From the NCBI GenBank assembly GCA_965208635.1, contig OZ242349.1:588272-652271 (forward strand): a stretch of DNA of 64,000 nt, written 5' to 3'. Positions within the stretch are counted from its first letter, which is position 1. Every line of letters begins with the position of its first letter. The position numbers and the translations under genes are program-made. The notes below the pieces were generated by a model that ran no database searches, was not told the DNA's origin, and saw nothing but the letters and a program-made list of their open reading frames with translations. Below, piece by piece: positions 45,179-55,158 of this stretch. The DNA comes from Candidatus Poribacteria bacterium. Its GTDB lineage: Bacteria; Poribacteria; WGA-4E; WGA-3G.

Positions 45179-46129
45179 TCAATATAATACTTCTGTTCCA
45201 TTCGCCTCGATTGTAGGGATAATCAGTTTTTTGGAATCGTCGCTCAGCGGATTGTCTGTAAGGTCTAACTTCTGCAAGTTTTTTAACCTCTCAAGGGGAC
45301 TTACATCTACAATAGCGTTGTTGCTTAGATACAACCCTCGTAAGTTTTTTAGTCCCTGAAGGGGACTTACGTCTACAATAGCGTTGTTGTCAAGGTGTAG
45401 CTGGTTCAAGATCCGTAATCCTGTGAGCGGACTTACATCCACAAGTTCGTTATCGTCAAGCCACAGTTTTTGCAAGATTTTTAATTCCTCAAGGGGACTT
45501 ACGTCCACCAGAGAAGTGTCCCTAAGGTTCAGCCTTCGCAAGTTCTTTAATTCTGCAAGGGCACTTATATCCACAAGAGCGTTGCCTCGAAGGACTAATA
45601 CTTGCAAGTTTTCTAATCCTGTGAGGGGGCTTACATCCACAAGAGCGTTGTAGTGAAGTCGCAGGGTTTGCAAGTTTTCTAATCCCGTAAGTGGGCTTAT
45701 GTCTACAAGCTCGTTGTTACCGAGGTTCAGATCTCTTAAGTTTTTTAGGTTCTTAAGGGGAGTTACATCTACAATATTGTTGGCATTAAGGTTTAGGACA
45801 GCGAGGTTTTCTGCGTATTCAAGTCCAGTCAAATCGAAAATGGGTGTATTCTTGACTGGAATAAAAAGAAGCCACCCGTCCTCTTCAAATTCTGCCTCCA
45901 ATTCAGTGAGTTTGAGCATATCCTCTGCAGTGATTGGTGCGCCGATGTTAAGGTCAAGGATCCGCCTAATTTCATGGTGCAGCTCAGTATCAAGGATCAG
46001 ATTGTCTTCAACAGGGTCAAAGGGGTCATTAGGGTCAAAGGGGTTATTCCCTTCCTCGCACCCAAACATTGAAAAAGAGAGTATGCCTATTAAAACGATA
46101 CTGATCACTGGAATACTTCTTGTTGTCAC
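45179..46129 (-). CDS. leucine-rich-repeat lipoprotein (internalin-like 22-aa LRRs)
   Basis: Signal with Cys (ILSFSMFGC), then about 9 repeats of LxxLxxLxLxxNx(L/I)VD(V/I)SPLxxL. Confidence 0.8.
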   Translation of the reverse strand: MTTRSIPVISIVLIGILSFSMFGCEEGNNPFDPNDPFDPVEDNLILDTELHHEIRRILDLNIGAPITAEDMLKLTELEAEFEEDGWLLFIPVKNTPIFDLTGLEYAENLAVLNLNANNIVDVTPLKNLKNLRDLNLGNNELVDISPLTGLENLQTLRLHYNALVDVSPLTGLENLQVLVLRGNALVDISALAELKNLRRLNLRDTSLVDVSPLEELKILQKLWLDDNELVDVSPLTGLRILNQLHLDNNAIVDVSPLQGLKNLRGLYLSNNAIVDVSPLERLKNLQKLDLTDNPLSDDSKKLIIPTIEANGTEVLY

Positions 46130-46277
46130 AAAAAACTCCTTTTATTAACATCAATACCTTCGCGAAAAAATAGGGGCTTCTTTAAATATCAACCAAATCC
46201 CTATGAACTCAACGATGAATCTATCAGTGTTCAGTGGGTGGGAAATGTTAAAGCGAAGGTATTGTTATGAAACACAC

Positions 46278-47246
46278 TCAATACGATACTCCTGTCCCAT
46301 TCGCTCTGATTATAGGGATACTCAGTTTTTTGGAATCATCACTCAGTGGATTGTCTGTAAGGTTCAGCTCCCTCAATTTTTTTAATTCTGCAAGGGGACT
46401 TACGTCTACAATAGCGTTGTTGCTAAGATGCAACCATCGCAAATTTTTTAATGCTTCTAAGGGGCTTATGTCTATAAGCTCGTTATTGTCAAGGTGGAGC
46501 TGGTGCAAGTTTTCTAATCCTGCGAGAGGACTTATATCCACAATCTCGTTTTTTTCAAGCCACAGTATTTTCAAGTTTTTTAATCCTACAAGGGGACTTA
46601 TGTCCACAAGGGCAGTGCCGGTAAGGCTTAGTCGGTTCAAGTTTTCTAATCCTGCAAGGGGACTTATGTCCACAAAAGCGTTGCCGTTAAGGGCTAGCAC
46701 TTGCAAGTTTTTTAATCCCGTAAGCGCGCTTACGTCTACAAGAGAGTTGTAGTGAAGCAGTAGTGTTTCTAAGTTTTTTAGTCCCGTAAGCGGGTTTATG
46801 CCTATAATATCATTGTTGCTGAGGTCCAGCGTTTTCAAGTTTTTTAATCCTGCAAGGGGACTCACATCCACAATATCGTTGCCACTCAGGTTCAGTACTA
46901 CAAGGTTTTTTGCGTATTCAAGTCCGGTCAAATCGGAAATGGGTGTACCTTTAGTAAAAAATTCTGCCTCCAATTCAGTGAGTTTGAGCATACTCTCTGC
47001 TGTAATCGGTGTGCCATAGGGGAGGTTAATTGGGTGGGTTCTTAGTTCCCACTCAATTTCAGAGCGGAGCGCAGCATCAGAGATAAGGTTGGCTTCAACA
47101 GGACCAACTTCAGAGCGGAGCACAGCATCAGAGATAAGGTTGGCTTCAACGGAATCAACGGGGTCATCTGCCTCCGCGCACCCGAACATTGAAAAAGAGA
47201 ACACGCATATGAAAACGATGCTAATCGCTGGAATACCTCTTATCAT
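46278..47246 (-). CDS. leucine-rich-repeat lipoprotein, paralog of 45179-46129
   Basis: The same architecture (VFSFSMFGC, LRR x about 9, C-terminal NLTDNPLSDDSKKL). The N-terminus has a duplicated 16-aa segment (ANLISDAVLRSEVGPV / ANLISDAALRSEIEWE). Confidence 0.8.
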   Translation of the reverse strand: MIRGIPAISIVFICVFSFSMFGCAEADDPVDSVEANLISDAVLRSEVGPVEANLISDAALRSEIEWELRTHPINLPYGTPITAESMLKLTELEAEFFTKGTPISDLTGLEYAKNLVVLNLSGNDIVDVSPLAGLKNLKTLDLSNNDIIGINPLTGLKNLETLLLHYNSLVDVSALTGLKNLQVLALNGNAFVDISPLAGLENLNRLSLTGTALVDISPLVGLKNLKILWLEKNEIVDISPLAGLENLHQLHLDNNELIDISPLEALKNLRWLHLSNNAIVDVSPLAELKKLRELNLTDNPLSDDSKKLSIPIIRANGTGVSY

Positions 47247-47439
47247 AAAAAATTCCCCTTGTTAACGTGCGTTCGACATAAGAGAAAGTTGGGTATTATA
47301 ACCCAAGTTGATAGTTGTGTAGCATAATCTTTTAGATTGTGCACAAACGTGCGCAAACTGAAAGTTTACGCTACAAAAATCAGCGAATCCGCCACGATTT
47401 GCGATGCAAACGGGGCACATAAGCCTAAAATCTTATAAG

Positions 47440-47517
47440 TAGCAACTTGGGTTATTATAGTAAAACCTACAATTAAGTTTACACTACCTGATATGGCGAG
47501 GTTCAGAAACCTCGCCA
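47440..47517. repeat. dispersed intergenic repeat family 2 copy with hairpin tggcgaggtt-caga-aacctcgcca
   Basis: See 26707-26770. The same block and hairpin (47494-47517) are present here. Confidence 0.5.
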
Positions 47518-47554
47518 ACAAAGGGGTTTGCATAAGTTCTAACCCTTTCCTGTG

Positions 47555-50500
47555 TTACTTCAAAATCAACATTTTACGTGTAGCAGAATAATCGCCCGCA
47601 GTCAGCGTGTAAAAGTAAATTCCACTCGCCACCCTATCGCCGACCTCGTTTCTGCCATCCCAATAGATCGCTTTGGATCGGCTCTCGTAGACCGAGGCGG
47701 CCTGGTGTCCGACATCGAGCCTACGGATGACACGCCCCCGTTGGTCATAGATCGTCAACGTGACGAACCCATCTTCTGCCAACCGATACGGTATCCAAGT
47801 CTCAGGGTTAAAGGGATTCGGATAGTTCGGCAACAGTTCAGTCTCCTTCGGAATTAACAGAGACAGAAGTTGTTGGAAGAAAAGGATACCTCTTTGCAAC
47901 TTCGGATCCGTGAGGTCCAACCCGTAGGCTTGGCTCAGCCATTCCCGGATATCAGCCGCGGTGAGTCGTGAAAGTGCCGCGGGAGACAGTGAGGGTGCCG
48001 CGGGTGCTTGACCGAGCGCCCCAGCCATCTCAATCAGGTCCTTGACATTGACCACACCATCACCGTTAACATCAGCGATATTTGGACCGGATTGCCCGAG
48101 ACGTTCGGTAACGATCACCAGATCGTCGATGTCCACCACCCCATCGTGATTGACATCATAATCGGTGAAGTCTGGGGATATGTCGTTGACGACGATGCCA
48201 ATGCCCGGCGTGCTGATATCATTCTTATCCCCATAATAGGTGCGTTGATCCGCTGTCAAATTCGCGTCCACAGTGGGTATCCAGCTACCTGCTTGGGTCC
48301 CGTCGAGCGGCAAGCCATTGACATAACGTCGAATCATCGAAGTCCGATTTCCTGCTCTGATCCTACCTCGGTTAAAACCGTAAGGTAAGTCCCAAAGCGT
48401 CGTATTTCCATCGTAGTTTCCAACTTCATCTACCACATTACCATCTTTATCGGTCAACGTGATACGAAAACCCTCTGTACTCATCCACGTAGTCCAGAAC
48501 CCAATGTCTACAGTATCTTTTCGCACCCCTTCTATCCATCTGAGATCGTAAATTTGGTCTTCCAAGAAGTCTCCTGAGTTCTCATCAGTTTTCGATGTCA
48601 CTATCAAGAGAACGTCATTTGGCCATATCCGTGGTGCATCGTCAAAGGTAGAATCACTAAACTTGACTGTCATAGTCACCGGTCCGAGTAGGTCTTCCGA
48701 GTTTACATTCTGAACAGTCAGTTTCCATCCAGTGAGATCGACTGCTTTTGTCCCAGAATTGGATATCTCTATCCATTGCTTTGGCGTAAACCTTATCTCG
48801 GAACCAAACATAATTTCACTAATGCTAATTTCACTGTCTACCTGGGCGGGACGCGAAGCTTCACCTTCGTCTACATCAATGATGGTAATAGCGACGTTGA
48901 TGGTATCAATGCGGCTGCCATCGGAGACCGTCACTGTCACTGCGTAAGCCTTCTTCTTTTCATAATCCAACGGCGCATGCGTCTTCAACTGACCCGAACT
49001 GCTCACAATGCTAAAGGATACCGCATCCGTCCCACCAAGACTGTAAGTCAAGGTGTCGTCATCCGCATCCGTCGCTGATACGGGATGTCCAATCTTTACA
49101 TCCGCAGGCGTGTTCTCGGCTACAAAGCGCGTTACCCTATCCCCCGCGAAGACCGGCGCATGCGTCTTGACGGTCTCGTCTACATCAGTAATCGTGATAG
49201 CAACACTAACAGTGTCAGTGCGACTACCATCGGAAACTGTGACCGTCACCGAATAAGCCTTCTTCTTTTCATAGTCCAACGGCGCATGCGTCTTCAACTG
49301 ACCCGAACTGCTTACTATCTTAAACGATGCCCTATCTGTGCCACTAAGACTATATGTCAAAGTGTCACCATCCGCATCCGTCGCAGACACAGGGCTCCCG
49401 ATATTCACGCCAGCAGGTGTATTTTCTGCTATTGAACGTGTCGTCTTATCTCCCGTGAAGACCGGCGCACGCGCCTTAGGTGTCTCGTCTACATCCGTGA
49501 TCGTAATCGTGACGGTGATGACATCCGTGCGCCCCCCATCGGAAACCGTAACTGTCACAGAGTAGGCGTTCTTCGTCTCATAGTCAAGAGGTGCCTTGGT
49601 TTGCAACTGACCCGAACTCCTCACAATGCTAAACGATGACGCATTCGTCCCACCAAGAGTATACGTCAAAGTGTCACCATCCGTATCTGTCGCAGACACA
49701 GGCCCCCCAATGTTCACACCCGCAGCTGTGTTCTCCGCTATCGAACGCGTTGTGCTATCGTTCGCGAAGACCGGCGCATGCGTCTTGGGCGTCGTGTCTA
49801 TCTTAGGAACCACGATCCCCTCAGTGACTGGCACAGGCGCGGGGTCCTCGTCAGGAACAGCCTCATCTTCGTCAGCAACACTGATAGCAACACCGATCGT
49901 GTCGGTGCCACCCTCGCCATCAGAAACCAGGATCGAGACTGAATAGGCGTTTTGGATCTCATAGTCCAGTTCTGCACGCGTCTGCAACTGACCAGATGCC
50001 CCTACAATACCAAAAGAGCCAGCATCTACACCGCCGAGACGATAGGTCAAGGTATCGCCATCCTCGTCTGTCGCGGACACCGCGCCTCCTATGTTCATAC
50101 CCACAGCTGTGTTCTCTGCCACAGACCGCGTCGTACTATCGCCTTCTATGAAGATCGGATCATCGTTCTCATCCGTGACACTGATCGCAACACCGATCGT
50201 GTCGGTGCCACCCTTGCCATCGGAAACCATGAGTGTCACGGAGTAGGCATCTTTGGTTTCATAGTCCAACTCTGCACGCGTCTGCAATTGACCCGTCGTC
50301 CCCACAATACCAAACGCTGCCGCATCTACGCCACCGAGCGTGTAAGTCAAAGGGTCGCCATCCTCATCTGTCGCAGATACCGGTCCCCCTATGTTCATAC
50401 CCGCCTCCGTGTTCTCGGCTACCGACCGCGTTGTGCTATCGCCCTCTATGAAAATCGGATCATCGTTCTCATCCGTGACATTGATTGTCACACCGATCGT

Positions 50501-51859
50501 GTCAGCCCCGCCTCGCCCATCGGAGACGATAACGACCACTGAATAGGCGTTCCTCGTCTCATAGTCGAGGGGGGCACGCGTCTGGAGCTGCCCGGTGGTA
50601 CCTACAACGCCAAACGCTCCGGCATCAGGGCCCTCAAGCCCGTAGGTTAACGGGTCGTCATCTTCATCTGTTGCAACCACGGGACTACCAATGTTTACAC
50701 CCGCCTCCGTGTTCTCCGCCACAGCCCGCGTCGTGCTAATCCCCTCGGCGAAGATCGGGGCATGGTTTACATTCGGTTCGTAGTTCGGACGCCGGATACC
50801 GACAGCAAAAAGGAGCGACTCGTCATCACCACCTAAGCCACTCGGTTCAGCAAGACTATAGCCGTAATGACCTGCAGGCAACTCCGGTAAAACGACAATA
50901 TTCACGGCGACCGGATCCGAGGCACCCGGGGTAGGGGTCACGGTGAGCGGTTCGCTTTCTATACCACCAGCAGGAATCTCGATGGTCGTTGCCCCGCCAT
51001 CAAGAGTCCCATTCATAACACTCAGCGGCAGCACAATATTGAAGGGGGCACCGGTCGGAGCACTCGCTTTGAACTGGTTCTCTTCGATCTGTTCTAAGAA
51101 CACTGTAATGGATAGGTTCACTGCGTTGTCACCTAAGTAAAACGAACGCAACGAAGATAATCCAGAAAAGATCCCCACAGGAAGACCAATTAACTCGTTG
51201 AAAGACAGACTTAACCAACTCAGCGAAGACACCCCAGAAAAGAGGTCGGCAGGCAAACCGCTGAGTTTGTTGGAAGATAAGTTGAGCGTCCTCAGGGCAG
51301 ATAGGTCGGAAAAGAGGTCCGTAGGCAAACTACCTAACTTGTTGTAAGACAGGTTGAGCGTATTCAGTGAGGACGCCCCAGAAAAGATACCCGTGGGGAG
51401 ACTGCCTAACTTGTTGAAAGACAGACTCAGCCAACTCAGCGAAGATAGGTCGGAAAAGAGATCCGAAGGGAGACTGCTCAGATCGTTGCTCCCTAAGTCC
51501 AACCTACTCAGCACAGACAATTCAGAAAAGATATTCGCGGGTAAACTGGTTAACTCGTTTTTATAGAGGGCGAGTGAGTCCAACGCAGACAACCCATCAA
51601 AATCACCGGATTTCAGCGTCGTAATATTCTGCTCGCTCAGATTGAGATTTTTGATTAAAGATAGATGTGCCGCTGTTACATCGTTGGCAGAATCTATACC
51701 TGGTACCAAGGCTACAATGGCATCACGGACCTGCGGGGTCCGATCGTTGACTGGAGTGAACGGCTGTTGTCCATGGCTTGCAGTTTGTATGCCGTGTATT
51801 AACAACATTATAGTAATAATTGACATCACAATCTTTCGATTGATACTTAGCGTTTGCAT
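47555..51859 (-). CDS. giant secreted protein: LRR block + about 8 cadherin-like repeats + lamin-tail domain + dockerin-like Ca-binding pair + T9SS type-A C-terminal domain
   Basis: Signal peptide. LRRs (LSxNxLxSLPxxLFSxLSxL). Cadherin units (VxATDxDxDxLTYxLxGxDAxxFxIxxxxGQLxT). LTD-like ISISEIMFGSE..WIEISNSGTKAVDLTGWKL. Dockerin-like DVNHDGVVDIDDL..DVNGDGVVNVKDL. C-terminal NYPNPFNPETWIPYRL..RKMLILK. Confidence 0.8.
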   Translation of the reverse strand: MQTLSINRKIVMSIITIMLLIHGIQTASHGQQPFTPVNDRTPQVRDAIVALVPGIDSANDVTAAHLSLIKNLNLSEQNITTLKSGDFDGLSALDSLALYKNELTSLPANIFSELSVLSRLDLGSNDLSSLPSDLFSDLSSLSWLSLSFNKLGSLPTGIFSGASSLNTLNLSYNKLGSLPTDLFSDLSALRTLNLSSNKLSGLPADLFSGVSSLSWLSLSFNELIGLPVGIFSGLSSLRSFYLGDNAVNLSITVFLEQIEENQFKASAPTGAPFNIVLPLSVMNGTLDGGATTIEIPAGGIESEPLTVTPTPGASDPVAVNIVVLPELPAGHYGYSLAEPSGLGGDDESLLFAVGIRRPNYEPNVNHAPIFAEGISTTRAVAENTEAGVNIGSPVVATDEDDDPLTYGLEGPDAGAFGVVGTTGQLQTRAPLDYETRNAYSVVVIVSDGRGGADTIGVTINVTDENDDPIFIEGDSTTRSVAENTEAGMNIGGPVSATDEDGDPLTYTLGGVDAAAFGIVGTTGQLQTRAELDYETKDAYSVTLMVSDGKGGTDTIGVAISVTDENDDPIFIEGDSTTRSVAENTAVGMNIGGAVSATDEDGDTLTYRLGGVDAGSFGIVGASGQLQTRAELDYEIQNAYSVSILVSDGEGGTDTIGVAISVADEDEAVPDEDPAPVPVTEGIVVPKIDTTPKTHAPVFANDSTTRSIAENTAAGVNIGGPVSATDTDGDTLTYTLGGTNASSFSIVRSSGQLQTKAPLDYETKNAYSVTVTVSDGGRTDVITVTITITDVDETPKARAPVFTGDKTTRSIAENTPAGVNIGSPVSATDADGDTLTYSLSGTDRASFKIVSSSGQLKTHAPLDYEKKKAYSVTVTVSDGSRTDTVSVAITITDVDETVKTHAPVFAGDRVTRFVAENTPADVKIGHPVSATDADDDTLTYSLGGTDAVSFSIVSSSGQLKTHAPLDYEKKKAYAVTVTVSDGSRIDTINVAITIIDVDEGEASRPAQVDSEISISEIMFGSEIRFTPKQWIEISNSGTKAVDLTGWKLTVQNVNSEDLLGPVTMTVKFSDSTFDDAPRIWPNDVLLIVTSKTDENSGDFLEDQIYDLRWIEGVRKDTVDIGFWTTWMSTEGFRITLTDKDGNVVDEVGNYDGNTTLWDLPYGFNRGRIRAGNRTSMIRRYVNGLPLDGTQAGSWIPTVDANLTADQRTYYGDKNDISTPGIGIVVNDISPDFTDYDVNHDGVVDIDDLVIVTERLGQSGPNIADVNGDGVVNVKDLIEMAGALGQAPAAPSLSPAALSRLTAADIREWLSQAYGLDLTDPKLQRGILFFQQLLSLLIPKETELLPNYPNPFNPETWIPYRLAEDGFVTLTIYDQRGRVIRRLDVGHQAASVYESRSKAIYWDGRNEVGDRVASGIYFYTLTAGDYSATRKMLILK

Positions 51860-52003
51860 TACAAACTCCTTTTACAATGGTTATCAGTTCGGTTTTTCTG
51901 CGAAAAATCTTTCAGTTATCAGCTGTCAGTTAACCCTTTGTGGTAATCGCTTTACGCGTCGCTGCCACAACGCCTCTCTTAACTAAAGAATAATGCCTCA
52001 TCA

Positions 52004-53716
52004 CTATTTGCGTATCAACATCTTGCGCGTAGCGGTGAAAGCGCCCGCTGTGAGGGTGTAGAAATAGACGCCACTTGCCACGGGTTCACCGAACGCGTTT
52101 TTACCATCCCAATACGCCGCACGACTGCGAGTCTGATACATACCGATGGGTTGATATCCCAATTCTAACCGTCGAATCACCTGTCCGTTCACGGCATAGA
52201 TCGTCAGCGTGACATCTGCAGGTTTGGACAACTGATACGGTATCCATGTCTCTGGATTGAACGGATTCGGATAGTTCGGCAGCAAGGCGGTCTCGTGGGG
52301 ACGCACTGCAGCTAAAATCCCTTGGAGAATGGCGAGTGTTTTGTGATAAACAATCGAGCCATCGCTGTCGGCCTGCAGTAGATTTAGCCACATCTGAAGC
52401 GTTTCGGGTGAGACGGCAGCGAGTGACTCACGGAGCGCAGGTGCTGCAGGAACTGCCGAATCATCAAGGTTTTCGACAATTATCAGTAAGTCAGTCTTAT
52501 CAACGCTTCCATCACTGTTGACATCAACCCGGGGATTGATGGGAGCCGTTTGTCCCAAGGCGTGTATCACGAAAATTAAATCGTCGATGTCCACGTGCCC
52601 ATCTTCATTAACATCGGCGGCAACTGATGGCAGCTCGCTCGTCATATAGATAGAAGTCTTGTATTCTGTAGGTTCCAGATAGATTTTAAAGAACATCCCC
52701 CAATTCTCCGTGTTATCGTTGACTTTGACTAACAAGGGGTTGTTACCTACCTCCAAATTGACATCGAACTTGTCTTGTATGCCGCTCGTTTTTCTATCGG
52801 CATTATTCCTGTGAACCACGACTCCATTGAGCCAAACTTTGATGGCATCGTCACTACCGACTCCCATCTTCACAGCCTGATCTCGCGGTGAGATAATATT
52901 CATAAAGGCGTAAGCCGTGTAGTAGTCCAGGTCCTGAACCGCACTCAGCCCAGTCGCATTCACGACATGCTGAACATTATTGGATTTACAACGGTGGACA
53001 GGAATAATGAAGACCCACTCTGTTGCACAGTGAACTGATGAAGGAATGACTTCAGGAGTCCATTGCAAGTCGCCCAGGGTGTCTCCCGACTTCACACCAT
53101 CTATGGAGATGAGAGCCTCAGAAACTTCGTCGTTGCTCAATGTAGAAAGGTAATCGGTATCTATATCTGAACCTTCGGCGATCATCCAGAGCCAAGGACC
53201 TTGTATGTATTCCAATGTATCGGTCGTATCTTCTATCTCTGCCCCCTGCTGTGGAGGGTTCGGGACCTCTTCTACTGGGACCTGTTCTGCTGACACAGTG
53301 ACAGAGACCTGCGCAGTCAGCGCGGGCCCGTCATAGGCTTCTATCGCACCTGCCCCCACGGTGAAGGTGAGTCTGCTATCGGTGTCAATGTCCCCCTCAA
53401 ATCTAAGTTCAACTTCGATTTCAGTGTCGCTGACACGCTTTACGCCGAACCATGCCACACCCAACCTCCCAAAGGTTACCCCGGGAATTCCGGATACCGT
53501 CAAGGCATCTGCGATATCCCATCTAAACCGTACATAAGTTCCGCCTTGCAAACTCAACGTTACAACGCTCTCATTCAATGCAACTTCTGACAGTTGTTGA
53601 GGCGCCGCGCTTAGGGTCAACTCCTGACCATCGCTCACGCTAGGCACACCAAAAACGAACAAAACGGTAGATAGTATTAACACGAGGCACTTGAAATTCA
53701 CAGAGGTGCTTTGCAT
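52004..53716 (-). CDS. secreted protein with Ig-like repeat, central beta-rich domain, dockerin-like pair and T9SS type-A C-terminal domain
   Basis: The start is taken at ATG 53716 (AAGGAG 7 nt upstream), which gives a signal peptide MQSTSVNFKCLVLILSTVLFVFG. Further blocks are DVNEDGHVDIDDL..DVNSDGSVDKTDL and a C-terminal NYPNPFNPETWIPYQL..RKMLIRK. Confidence 0.75.
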   Translation of the reverse strand: MQSTSVNFKCLVLILSTVLFVFGVPSVSDGQELTLSAAPQQLSEVALNESVVTLSLQGGTYVRFRWDIADALTVSGIPGVTFGRLGVAWFGVKRVSDTEIEVELRFEGDIDTDSRLTFTVGAGAIEAYDGPALTAQVSVTVSAEQVPVEEVPNPPQQGAEIEDTTDTLEYIQGPWLWMIAEGSDIDTDYLSTLSNDEVSEALISIDGVKSGDTLGDLQWTPEVIPSSVHCATEWVFIIPVHRCKSNNVQHVVNATGLSAVQDLDYYTAYAFMNIISPRDQAVKMGVGSDDAIKVWLNGVVVHRNNADRKTSGIQDKFDVNLEVGNNPLLVKVNDNTENWGMFFKIYLEPTEYKTSIYMTSELPSVAADVNEDGHVDIDDLIFVIHALGQTAPINPRVDVNSDGSVDKTDLLIIVENLDDSAVPAAPALRESLAAVSPETLQMWLNLLQADSDGSIVYHKTLAILQGILAAVRPHETALLPNYPNPFNPETWIPYQLSKPADVTLTIYAVNGQVIRRLELGYQPIGMYQTRSRAAYWDGKNAFGEPVASGVYFYTLTAGAFTATRKMLIRK

Positions 53717-54008
53717 GAAAAACTCCTTCAATTTATTCTTTTTGTTTTTTTGAAATAAAAACACTACAAAGAACATCCTATAGATTTACAAACAGCGTGT
53801 TTGGTTATAATAAGCCAATTTTTATTTTATTTAAAGAAAAAACACAATAAAGTCGATACCTAACTATAGATTATTGGATTTTTGCGGTCGAGAAAAATTT
53901 TTGATCTGAAAAGCAAATTTTGGAGAGTCAGGGGCGGATAGAGAGGTCCGCCCTATAACGTATGGAGGGATATTGTGGAATTGTTTGTACAAAAAAGAGG
54001 AGACGCTA

Positions 54009-55070
54009 CTACAGCGGCAACGAAATCGGGGCACCGATTTGGGAGGAACGATACGTCGCCTCGGCTAACGCAATGCCGTCTCTCCCGATGCGTCCGTGGG
54101 TCGTCGGTTCCGCTTCACAGGCGATACACTGGAGCCAATGGTCGATGCTCGTTCCTTTTGCCGCTACACCCCAATACCGTTGCTGACGTCGTTCCTCTGG
54201 CATGTTGCGGTAGGTGCCGTCATCTGGCACAGAAGCAGTGAACTCTTCCTCCGCTGCCATGTCGTGGGTTTTCCAACGGAGTCCATTATGGATCAACGTC
54301 GCTGAACCTTTGCTCGTGACGAGACCGTTACCACTGTTCCGAATCTCAGCCGCCCAACTCTTCATCATCATACCGACACCGCCATTCTTGAAATGCACGG
54401 TTAGCACGGCATTGTTCTCCACGGCTTGGTCGGCAGGTGGGTAGGTGCCACCGAGTGGAACATGACTCGTGAATCCGTAGACAGTCGAGGCGGGACCGTA
54501 GAGCCACAACCAGATATCGAGTTCGTGAATCGCTTGCTCCACTAACATACCGCCCGACTCCGCCTTCACAAAAAGCCACGGATGCCGTTCCGGTGAAAAC
54601 CAACCGACCTGATTCGAATACGCCATCTGCAACGTGCCGAGTGTGCCATCGTCCAACAACGATTTCAGTTTCATGTAACCCGGACTGAACCGCATCATAT
54701 AGGCAACCATCAGGAGAACACCCGCCTTCTCAGCAGCAGCAATCATCGCTTCACCTTCCGCGACGTTGCAACACATCGGTTTCTCCATCAAGATATGCTT
54801 CCCAGCAGCGGCGGCAGCACGGGTGATTTCGAGATGAGGGCGCGGATGGACACAAACATCGACAGCGTCTATATCCTGCCTGTCAAGAAGTGCGCGGTAG
54901 TCGGTGTAGGCATCAGCACCAAATCGATCTGCCTGTTCATTTGCGGATGCCTCGTTGATGTCCGCGATTGCGACGATATCTGCGCGCCGCGTCGGTTCTT
55001 CGTAATACGGGGAATGGAGACTGCGGAAGATACCGCCACATCCGATAATTCCAACTTTAATTCTGTCCAT
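54009..55070 (-). CDS. Gfo/Idh/MocA-family NAD(P)-dependent oxidoreductase
   Basis: N-terminal Rossmann KVGIIGCGGI and EKPM motifs (HILMEKPMCCNVAE). Confidence 0.85.
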   Translation of the reverse strand: MDRIKVGIIGCGGIFRSLHSPYYEEPTRRADIVAIADINEASANEQADRFGADAYTDYRALLDRQDIDAVDVCVHPRPHLEITRAAAAAGKHILMEKPMCCNVAEGEAMIAAAEKAGVLLMVAYMMRFSPGYMKLKSLLDDGTLGTLQMAYSNQVGWFSPERHPWLFVKAESGGMLVEQAIHELDIWLWLYGPASTVYGFTSHVPLGGTYPPADQAVENNAVLTVHFKNGGVGMMMKSWAAEIRNSGNGLVTSKGSATLIHNGLRWKTHDMAAEEEFTASVPDDGTYRNMPEERRQQRYWGVAAKGTSIDHWLQCIACEAEPTTHGRIGRDGIALAEATYRSSQIGAPISLPL

Positions 55071-55158
55071 TTTTTAATTATCCCTTTTATTGTAGCACCA
55101 ACTGTCTGAATCAGGATTTACAGGATTTTAGGATTTGCAAGATAAAAAAATAAACAAA

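Noticed and set aside
45384-46752. Plus-strand ORFs 45384-45653, 45699-46148 and 46267-46752 opposite the LRR genes
   Set aside because: The 66-nt LRR periodicity keeps the antisense frames open. The minus-strand products have signal peptides and canonical LRRs.
48008-50542. Plus-strand ORFs opposite the 1434-aa LRR-cadherin gene
   Set aside because: They have the same repeat-driven antisense open frames and Arg/Cys-rich nonsense translations.
40710-50719. Possible CRISPR arrays suggested by regular DNA repeats
   Set aside because: The repeats have periods of 285 nt, about 300 nt or 66 nt and are in-frame protein-domain repeats with no unique spacers. No cas genes are present. No CRISPR was called.
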